Under the pieces are notes generated by a model. That model was not told the origin of the DNA. It made no database searches and saw only the letters and a list, made by a program, of their open reading frames with translations. This document shows positions 6,954 to 13,378 of a stretch of 15,095 bases of DNA, in pieces. Positions within the stretch are counted from its first letter, which is position 1. Each line of letters begins with the position of its first letter. The position numbers were made by a program, and so were the translations under genes. Origin of the DNA: Thermoplasmata archaeon (GTDB lineage: Archaea; Thermoplasmatota; SW-10-69-26; JACQPN01; JAJPHT01); assembly GCA_034667685.1 (NCBI GenBank), contig JAXDQU010000035.1:1-15095 (forward strand), written 5' to 3'.

Positions 6954-8147
6954 TCATCTTCGCAGCCGCGCGAACACTTTGTTCTTCAGGTCCACGATGC
7001 AGTTCATGTAATTGATGAAGGCCTGGTAAGGCGAGTCGTAGGGCGAGAAGTAGGCGTGGATGTCCTGGTCGCCGAAGTTCTTCGTGGTGCAGTAGTAGAC
7101 GTGGTCCGACGTCTGCAGGAGGCGCCAGGCGTGCGTGAGGTCGGGGTCGTTGACCTCCTTGACGTAGGGGCGCAGGTCGCGCAGGGTGTTGAAGCACTGC
7201 TGCTGCATCTCGTTGTGGAGCCAGGCGCTCACGTCGCGCTCGGTGTCGGCCCACGAGATGGCGAAGGGGACCTCGATGTCGCCCACGGGCTCGTGCCGCT
7301 TGACGACCTCGCTGGGCGTGGTGAAGCCGACGCCGCGCTTGAGCGCCTCGCCGGGCATGTGCCGGAGGAAGTCGAAGATGCCACTCTCGGGCCAGTTGTG
7401 CTCGCCGAACGTCTCGTAGTCCATGAAGAGGTTGATCGACTGGCCTTCGTTCCCGGCGAGCCACTCGGCGTACTTGGGCGCGGTGAGGGGCCACTCGGGC
7501 CACGAGGGTCCGGTGCTGAAGCGGAACGCCACGTCGTCGCTGAGCTTGTAGTTCTTCAGCAGGACCTTGATTTTGCTATCGTGCCGGCTGGGCCGGTAGA
7601 CGTAGTTGGGCGAGCGCCAGCCCAGGATGCGCTCGGTGCCTTCGGTGGCGATGCCGAGGTAGCCCAGGCCCTCGATCGTCCTGGCGATGCGGTTGTCGTA
7701 GATCAGCTCGGTGTTGCGGTAGAACGTGGGCTCGACGCCCAGCTCCTTGCGCATGAGGTCGCGGTGCTCGCTGATCTGCTCCTTGAGCTCCGTCTGGTCC
7801 TCCCAGAGGCCCGCGAGCGAGTGGTAGTACGTCTCGTCCAGGAACTCGACGCAGCCCGTGTCGGCCAGCGCGCGGAAGCTCTCCATCACGTCGGGGCGGA
7901 ACTGCTTCGCCTGCTCCACGAACGTGCCCGAGAGCGAGTAGCTGGCCTTGAACGACTCGCCGTGCTCCTTGATCAGGTCGAGGATGAGCTTGTTCGTCGG
8001 GATGTAGCACTTGTTGCTCACGCGGTCGAAGATGGAGCGGTTCTTCGCGTCGTCCCAGTAGTGGAGGTCCTGGGGCGCATTGAACAGGTGGATCCGGCGC
8101 AGGCGCACCGGCTGGTGCACTTCGAAGTAGAAACAGACGTCGGTCAT
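6954..8147 (-). CDS. Glycoside hydrolase family 57 (alpha-amylase-like), ~397 aa
   Basis: FEVHQP, ETYYHSL, YRNTEL (nucleophile Glu), LSDDVAFRFS, FMDYETFGEH (acid/base Asp), LQTSDH; GGAGG RBS at 8158-8162 on -. Confidence 0.95.
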   Translation of the reverse strand: MTDVCFYFEVHQPVRLRRIHLFNAPQDLHYWDDAKNRSIFDRVSNKCYIPTNKLILDLIKEHGESFKASYSLSGTFVEQAKQFRPDVMESFRALADTGCVEFLDETYYHSLAGLWEDQTELKEQISEHRDLMRKELGVEPTFYRNTELIYDNRIARTIEGLGYLGIATEGTERILGWRSPNYVYRPSRHDSKIKVLLKNYKLSDDVAFRFSTGPSWPEWPLTAPKYAEWLAGNEGQSINLFMDYETFGEHNWPESGIFDFLRHMPGEALKRGVGFTTPSEVVKRHEPVGDIEVPFAISWADTERDVSAWLHNEMQQQCFNTLRDLRPYVKEVNDPDLTHAWRLLQTSDHVYYCTTKNFGDQDIHAYFSPYDSPYQAFINYMNCIVDLKNKVFARLRR

Positions 8148-8172
8148 CGGTGCGCGGCCTCCTGCCTTCGGC

Positions 8173-8270
8173 GCTTCGCCTGCGACGATGCGACGAGCGC
8201 GGAGCTTTCTGACGCCGTCGCGAGCATCGCGCTCGTCGCATCGTCGCATGCGGAGCCGCGCAGCGCGAGC
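8173..8270. repeat. Inverted repeat (hairpin E) with TGCGACGA x2 arms, inside the GT4-GH57 operon spacer
   Basis: Perfect 21-bp arms 8181-8201/8228-8248, extended by 8173-8179/8250-8256; 8245-8266 matches 707-728 at 21/22 nt. Confidence 0.9.
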
Positions 8271-8271
8271 G

Positions 8272-9450
8272 TCACGCGGCCACCGCCATGGGCTGCGTCA
8301 GCGCGCGCTCGTAGGCGCCAAGCGTGCGCCGCCCGGTGCGCTCCCAGGTGAACTTCCGGACCTCCAGGGCGCCGTTGCGTCCGAGCGACTCGCGCAGCGG
8401 CCGGTCGCGCAGCACGGCGAGGATCTGGTCGGCCATCTCGTCGCTGTCCCAGTGCTCGGCGCGCAGGACGTGCGTGAGCGCCTCGCCCACGCCCGTCGTC
8501 TTGCTGACGATCGTCGGGCAGCCCGACGTCATGGCCTCGAGCACGCTGATGCCGAAGGGCTCGCTGACGCTGGGCAGCACGTAGCAGTCGGCCCGCTCGT
8601 AGAGCTTCTGCGCCTCGGCGTCCGGGACGAAGCCGGTGAACGTGACGTTCTCCATGATGCCGTTGGCGATGCAGTAGCGGATCATCTCGGGGACCATCTC
8701 GCCCTTGCCGGCGACGACGAAGCGCACGCCGCGGTCCTGGTCGAGGACGCGCTTGGCGGCGCGGATGAAGCTCATGGGGCCCTTCTGGCGCGAGACGCGC
8801 GAGAGGTAGAGGACGGTGCGGCTGCTCTGGCCGTAGTCGCGGTTGTCGTGCGCGATCCACTTGCTGAAATCGACGCCGTTGTGGATGGGCACGACCTTCG
8901 CGGGCTCGGCGCCGTAGCGGTCGATGAGCTGCTGGCGCGTGTATTCGCTCACCGCGATGACGACGTCGGCCGTCTGGACCGCGCGCTTCTCCAGCTCGAT
9001 GATCCAGTCCTGGGGGAAGAAGCCGGCGCTGCGGTCGTACTCGGTGCTGTGGCAGCTCCACACGAGCGGCTTGCCCGTGCGCCGCTTCAGCTCCGCGGCG
9101 GCCTGGAACGTGATCCAGTCGTGCGCGTGCAGGACGTCCGCGTCGTGGCTCTGGAAGGCCTCGACGACGCGCATGTTGTACTGCCAGACGGCATCGTTGA
9201 ACGCGTCGTCGTAGCCGCGCTGGCGCGTCCCGCCGTAGGGCGACATCGTGGGCTCGGCCTCGACTTCCACGATCTTCAGGTGGCGGTGGTGCTCGGCCAC
9301 GCGGAGGTCGCCCTCCGTCGCCATGTGGGGCATGTAGAAGTCGATGGCGACGCCCATCTTGGCGAGCTGCGTCGTCAGCTCCAGGCAGTGGATGCCCAGG
9401 CCACCCGCCATGAACGGCGGGAACTCCCATCCGATCATCGCGACCTTCAT
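8272..9450 (-). CDS. GT4 family glycosyltransferase (putative alpha-glucan/glycogen synthase-like)
   Basis: GWEFPP-x-x-x-GGLG, HAHDW, HSTE, QKG and EPFGISVLEAM (E-x7-E) motifs. Confidence 0.93.
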   Translation of the reverse strand: MKVAMIGWEFPPFMAGGLGIHCLELTTQLAKMGVAIDFYMPHMATEGDLRVAEHHRHLKIVEVEAEPTMSPYGGTRQRGYDDAFNDAVWQYNMRVVEAFQSHDADVLHAHDWITFQAAAELKRRTGKPLVWSCHSTEYDRSAGFFPQDWIIELEKRAVQTADVVIAVSEYTRQQLIDRYGAEPAKVVPIHNGVDFSKWIAHDNRDYGQSSRTVLYLSRVSRQKGPMSFIRAAKRVLDQDRGVRFVVAGKGEMVPEMIRYCIANGIMENVTFTGFVPDAEAQKLYERADCYVLPSVSEPFGISVLEAMTSGCPTIVSKTTGVGEALTHVLRAEHWDSDEMADQILAVLRDRPLRESLGRNGALEVRKFTWERTGRRTLGAYERALTQPMAVAA

Positions 9451-9465
9451 CGACCTGCACCTGGC

Positions 9466-11340
9466 TCAATCGCTGCGATCGGCAGCGGCGCGGCCCTCTA
9501 CGTGGACCCGGTATTTGTTCATGACGTCTACGAAAGTCGAATGCGACCAGACCAGCGGCGTCACCGACGTGTGCTCGCCGGTGCGCGCATCGAGCTGCTC
9601 GGGAAGGAGGCCCGTGGGGCTCGCGGTCCGGGCGACCCATTCGAGCAGGTCGCGCGTGCGCTCCGGGCGGCCCAGCAGCAGGTGCGCCTCGGCGAGCCAG
9701 AGCGTGCAGATGATCCACGGGTTCTCCGGACCGTAGTAGCTGTCCCCCTCGTAACGCGCGACGCCGCCCGTGCTCTTGACCCAGAGGCGCTTCTCGACCG
9801 CGGCGACGAGGCGCTCGGCGCGCGCGTCGGAGGGCTCGAGCACGCCCAGCTTGAGCGTGAGCAGCGTCGAGGCGTCGAGCGTCTCGTCGGCCGGGTCGAT
9901 GCTCTTGGAGAAGCAGCCGCGCTTTTCGTTCCAGAGGTGCTCCAGCATCGCCGTGCGCATGCGCTCGCTGGCGCGTCGCCACCGGCCGCGCGACTTGCCC
10001 AGCTGCTCGCTGATGCGCTCGCCGCGCTCCAGGCCGTGGATGACGGCCGCCACCGAGTAGGCGTTCACCGTCTTCCTCTCCTCCCAGAGGTCGTAGCTGG
10101 GCAGCGGCAGGCCGCGCGAGTCGACGAACGTCTCCAGGAAGTTCGTCGCGCCCTTGACCAGCGGCCAGAGCTCCAGGAGCACGTCGAGGTCGCCGTCGCG
10201 CTTGAAGTGGTGCCACACCGCGGAGACGACGCTCGCGGTCTGGTCGATCTGGATGAAGGGCGGAAGGTGCCACGTGCTGCCCACGGTGCCGTCCGGGAAG
10301 TGGCGGTGGAGGAAGTAGCCCTCGTCCTCCTGGCACTGCTGCGCGAAGCGCAGGAAGCGGTGCGCGTTCTCGTAGAGGCCCACCTCGTCCATGGCCTTGG
10401 CGATGTACGCGCCGTCGCGCCACCAGTTGTAGTTGTAGGCATCGCCACCCGACTTGAGCGTGCGCGGGTCGGGGCTCGCGATGATCGAGCCGTTCGCGCT
10501 GCTGCACGCGCGCAGCACGTAGATGCTCTGCCGGTAGACGTCGCGCGCCGTGTCGCTGAGGTCCGCGGGCAGGTGGAGATCCTTGTGGTCGATCCAGTTG
10601 CGCCAGAAGTCCAGCGCCTCGCGCTCCAGCTCCTCCGCCGGCCTCGTGCGGAAGAGGTTGTACATCGTGTTGACGGCCTTGCGCGAGTGGCCCAGCATGC
10701 AGAGGAGCCGCACGGTGGCCTCGCCGCCCGCGGGCACGTCGACGTCCCACTGCGCGACGGAGTCGGCCGCGCCGTGCGAGATGCGTCCGCCTTCGAGCTT
10801 GCCGTCCTCGGCGTCCACGTAGGAGCCCTGGAGCCCCTTGAGCGTGTGCTCGCCGCACGTGAAGTTGGAGAAGTGCGGGCTCCCCATGTACTGGAAGTAA
10901 TAGTTGCGCTTGTAGTGGTTGATCGTCTTGCGCTCGTCGTCCCAGTACGCCGTGTCCTGGTACATCGACTCGGCGACCATGAGCGACTGGTAGTGGAAGA
11001 TGCGGAGCTTGCGCGCCTCGGGCGTCTTGTTGTGCACGACGATCCGCCGCACGATGAGGTCGTGGTTCGAGTGGACCGCGTCGACCACCTCGACGTCCAC
11101 CAGCGGACCCACGTACACCGTGCGCCCCACGTTGCTCCCCCCCACGTGGTCCTGCTCCACGCTCCAGCCGGCGTCGTCGCCCAGCCACGCGAACGTCTCC
11201 TCCTCGACGTCGAAGAGCCCCAGCTTCACCGCGCGCAGGTGCTGGTACTGCCCGGCCCACGGGTAGTAGAGGTTCGACCAGTTCCCGCGCTCGTCGACCC
11301 CCAGGAGGACGCGCGAGTTGCCCATGAGGAAGGTGATCAT
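9466..11340 (-). CDS. Glycoside hydrolase family 15 (glucoamylase-like), ~624 aa
   Basis: IIASP, YNYNWWRDG, QIDQT, DLWEE (acid Glu), LPEQ (base Glu), PLVWSH; ATG 11340 with CCTTAAG ~30 nt upstream. Confidence 0.93.
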   Translation of the reverse strand: MITFLMGNSRVLLGVDERGNWSNLYYPWAGQYQHLRAVKLGLFDVEEETFAWLGDDAGWSVEQDHVGGSNVGRTVYVGPLVDVEVVDAVHSNHDLIVRRIVVHNKTPEARKLRIFHYQSLMVAESMYQDTAYWDDERKTINHYKRNYYFQYMGSPHFSNFTCGEHTLKGLQGSYVDAEDGKLEGGRISHGAADSVAQWDVDVPAGGEATVRLLCMLGHSRKAVNTMYNLFRTRPAEELEREALDFWRNWIDHKDLHLPADLSDTARDVYRQSIYVLRACSSANGSIIASPDPRTLKSGGDAYNYNWWRDGAYIAKAMDEVGLYENAHRFLRFAQQCQEDEGYFLHRHFPDGTVGSTWHLPPFIQIDQTASVVSAVWHHFKRDGDLDVLLELWPLVKGATNFLETFVDSRGLPLPSYDLWEERKTVNAYSVAAVIHGLERGERISEQLGKSRGRWRRASERMRTAMLEHLWNEKRGCFSKSIDPADETLDASTLLTLKLGVLEPSDARAERLVAAVEKRLWVKSTGGVARYEGDSYYGPENPWIICTLWLAEAHLLLGRPERTRDLLEWVARTASPTGLLPEQLDARTGEHTSVTPLVWSHSTFVDVMNKYRVHVEGRAAADRSD

Positions 11341-11386
11341 CCGCGCTTCTGCCCAGCGGGCCCGTTCGCTTAAGGACTTCTGCAAG

Positions 11387-11474
11387 CGCGGGGAAGCCGC
11401 GAAGAAGGGAAGCAAGGGAAGATGGGGCCGTCCTCCCCCGCTTCCCTTCGTTGAGCCGCAGCCCTTTTCCCGCG
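11387..11474. repeat. Degenerate inverted repeat with AAGGGAAG x2 (9-nt period) between divergent GH15 and PfkB genes
   Basis: GAAGGGAAGC 11404-11413/GCTTCCCTTC 11440-11449; outer stem 11387-11395/11466-11474. Confidence 0.55.
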
Positions 11475-11494
11475 GGCGTCCCGTAGATATCGCG

Positions 11495-12547
11495 ATGTCG
11501 GACCTCGCGGCCCTCGCCGCCAAGCTGCGCGCGCTGGACCCGGCGCAGCTGCACGTCGTGACGATGCCGGACTTCTTCCTGGACCACTTCGTCCGCGTGC
11601 CCGCCTGGGACCAGGCGATGCCGCTCTGGAAGGCCGTGCACGGCCAAGGCGGAGGCAACGTCCCCACGCCCCAGCAGCACTTCCAGGCGGGCGGCAACGC
11701 GGCGAACACCGCCCTCGCCCTCGCCCGGCTGGGCGTCTCCACGCACCTCGTCGCGCAGACCGACGCCTTCGGCCTCGCCGTCCTGGAAGGCTCGCTGGGC
11801 CGCCACGGCGTCGACCTCAAGCACGTGCGCGCCGACGGCCGTCTCTCGGTCACCACCGCGCTGGAGTTCCAGGAGACGCGCCCCGCCAACGTCATGCTCA
11901 GCGACCCCGGCAGCCTCGCCGACTACGGACCCGAACGGCTCGACGCCAACGACTGGACCCTGCTGGAGGCCGCCGACCTCGTCCTCGTCGCCAACTGGAG
12001 CCAGAACCGCCGCGGCACCGCGCTGCTCGAAGCCGTCGCCCAAGCCGCGCGCCGGGCAGGCACCACCGTCATGCTCGACACCGGCGACCCCTCGCACAGG
12101 AAAGAAGACCTCCCCACCCTGCGCGACCGCGTCCTCCCCATGCCCGAGCTGGACGTCTTCGCCATGAACGAGAACGAGCTGCGCCAGCTCAGCGGCAAGT
12201 CGCTCGCCGAAGGCGAAGAGGAGCGCCGCGCCGCCGAAACGCTCGCCGCCCAACGCCAAGGCAACGTCCTCGACCTCCACACCGCGCGCTTCGCCGCCAC
12301 GCACGGCCCCCAGGGCCACGCCGCCGTCGCCACCTTCGCCGTCAAGCCCCTGCGCGTCACGGGCGCCGGCGACGCCTGGAACGCAGGAAACATCCTCGGC
12401 CACGTCGCGGGCCTCACGCCCGCCGACCGGCTGCTGCTCGCCAACGCCGTCGCCGGCCTCTACGTGAGCGGACCCGAAGCCCTCGCCCCGACGCTGGCCG
12501 ACGTCGCGCGGTTCCTCGAAAGCGAGCCCGCGCTGAACGCCATCTGA
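11495..12547 (+). CDS. PfkB/ribokinase family carbohydrate kinase, ~350 aa
   Basis: AGGNAANTALALARLG, NENE and anion-hole motif VTGAGDAWNAG. Confidence 0.92.
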   Translation: MSDLAALAAKLRALDPAQLHVVTMPDFFLDHFVRVPAWDQAMPLWKAVHGQGGGNVPTPQQHFQAGGNAANTALALARLGVSTHLVAQTDAFGLAVLEGSLGRHGVDLKHVRADGRLSVTTALEFQETRPANVMLSDPGSLADYGPERLDANDWTLLEAADLVLVANWSQNRRGTALLEAVAQAARRAGTTVMLDTGDPSHRKEDLPTLRDRVLPMPELDVFAMNENELRQLSGKSLAEGEEERRAAETLAAQRQGNVLDLHTARFAATHGPQGHAAVATFAVKPLRVTGAGDAWNAGNILGHVAGLTPADRLLLANAVAGLYVSGPEALAPTLADVARFLESEPALNAI

Positions 12548-12551
12548 CCCG

Positions 12552-12770
12552 CTACTGCACGCGAAGCGTGACCGTGTCCGCGCTCACGTCCTTCACCTGG
12601 TCGACGCTCACCGTCCGGATCGGCACGCGCTGGCGCTTGTCCTCCAGCACCAGGAACTTCACCCGGGAATAGTTGTGCAGCCCCACGTCGACGACCTCGC
12701 CGAGCGCCTGCCCCTCCGGCCCCGTGGCGGTCTTGCCCAACACCATGTACGGTTCGATCGCGAGCATCAC
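12552..12770 (-). CDS. Stand-alone PRC-barrel domain protein (start GTG 12770 or ATG 12767)
   Basis: VLGKTATGPEGQALGEVVDV...VSVDQVKDVSADTVTL fits the PRC-barrel pattern; GAGG just upstream. Confidence 0.75.
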   Translation of the reverse strand: MMLAIEPYMVLGKTATGPEGQALGEVVDVGLHNYSRVKFLVLEDKRQRVPIRTVSVDQVKDVSADTVTLRVQ

Positions 12771-12801
12771 AATCCTCGACGCGAAACGAAGGGGTGTTTG
12801 T

Positions 12802-12934
12802 GCTTGATCAAGTTAGCTCCTACGGCACCCCTCCGGCGCCCATGCAAGCGACCACCCAACCGACCAGCGCGCGTGATGTGTTACCGCACCCCGCTCCGGT
12901 GTTCGTATCAGAACGAACAAGCACTTGATCAAGC
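12802..12934. promoter_or_regulatory. Putative operator sites: palindrome CTTGATCAAG twice, plus TGTTCGT-N6-ACGAACA
   Basis: CTTGATCAAG at 12803-12812 and 12924-12933; inverted repeat 12900-12906/12913-12919; all upstream of the PRC-barrel gene. Confidence 0.45.
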
Positions 12935-12988
12935 CCAGGCGGTGCTCTTCGAGAGGCCGCGAGGGGCGCAAGCCCTAGGTCACGGATG

Positions 12989-13096
12989 CCAGGTGTGCCA
13001 TGTGCGCCAGGTGGGCCACCTGGCGCACCTGGGTCCACCTGGCGCACATGGCACACCTGGGCCACCTGGCACACCTGGGTCACCTGGCGCACATGG
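12989..13096. repeat. Head-to-head 9-nt tandem array: 3 x CCA(G/T)GTG followed by 9 x CAC(C/A)TGG
   Basis: Units at 12989, 12998, 13007, then inverted units at 13017, 13026, 13036, 13045, 13054, 13063, 13072, 13081, 13090; 12989-13014 is the exact reverse complement of 13035-13060. Confidence 0.92.
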
Positions 13097-13126
13097 CTGC
13101 CCAGGCGCCTTACATGGTCAACGTCA

Positions 13127-13254
13127 GGGGGTCCAGGGGGCTGCGGCCCCCTGGCGCGGGGGTGCAGGGGGCGAGGAGCCCCCTGCCACGGAGTGCCGCG
13201 GCGAGGCGGAGCGGCCGCGTCAGCGGCCGCGCAGCGCGAGCCGCGGCACGGAGT
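13127..13254. repeat. REP-like cluster: two tandem GGGGGT-SCAGGGGGC-N4/5-GCCCCCTGS hairpins and a branched palindrome
   Basis: Stems 13133-13141/13146-13154, 13164-13172/13178-13186 and 13193-13202/13240-13249; the last encloses GCGGCCGC-GTCA-GCGGCCGC. Confidence 0.8.
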
Positions 13255-13378
13255 TCAGAATGTAAGACGCGAGTCGGGGGTGGTGCATTTCTTCATGGTC
13301 CCCGTAAGGCATTGTGAGGACTCGAGTAGGTCAGTCTCCTCATCCTCGCGTCGGGCGACGATGATGGGGTCCCATACT

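Noticed and set aside
8144-12403. 1419-aa minus-strand ORF, and 1061-aa plus-strand ORF 8188..11373
   Set aside because: Alternate-frame or antisense shadows of the GH15, GT4 and PfkB genes; low-complexity or mirror composition and no motifs. Long stop-free frames are expected at this GC content.
12842-12928. 28-aa plus-strand ORF MQATTQPTSARDVLPHPAPVFVSERTST
   Set aside because: Short, codon usage atypical for this genome, and it overlaps the palindromic sites.
12989-13096. CRISPR array
   Set aside because: Units are 9 nt with no unique spacers, and no cas genes are present.
12820-13317. His-periodic (HLAHMAHLGH), collagen-like (PGAPGGPPG) or QV-repeat peptides in ORFs 13000..13317, 12986..14077, 12675..13265 and 12820..13092
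   Set aside because: All are translations of the same 9-nt DNA repeat in different frames; no frame shows coding bias or a convincing start context.
13295-13375. tRNA-like element on the minus strand ending GGGGACCA
   Set aside because: No proper 7-bp acceptor stem, no canonical T-loop at the right spacing and no anticodon arm.
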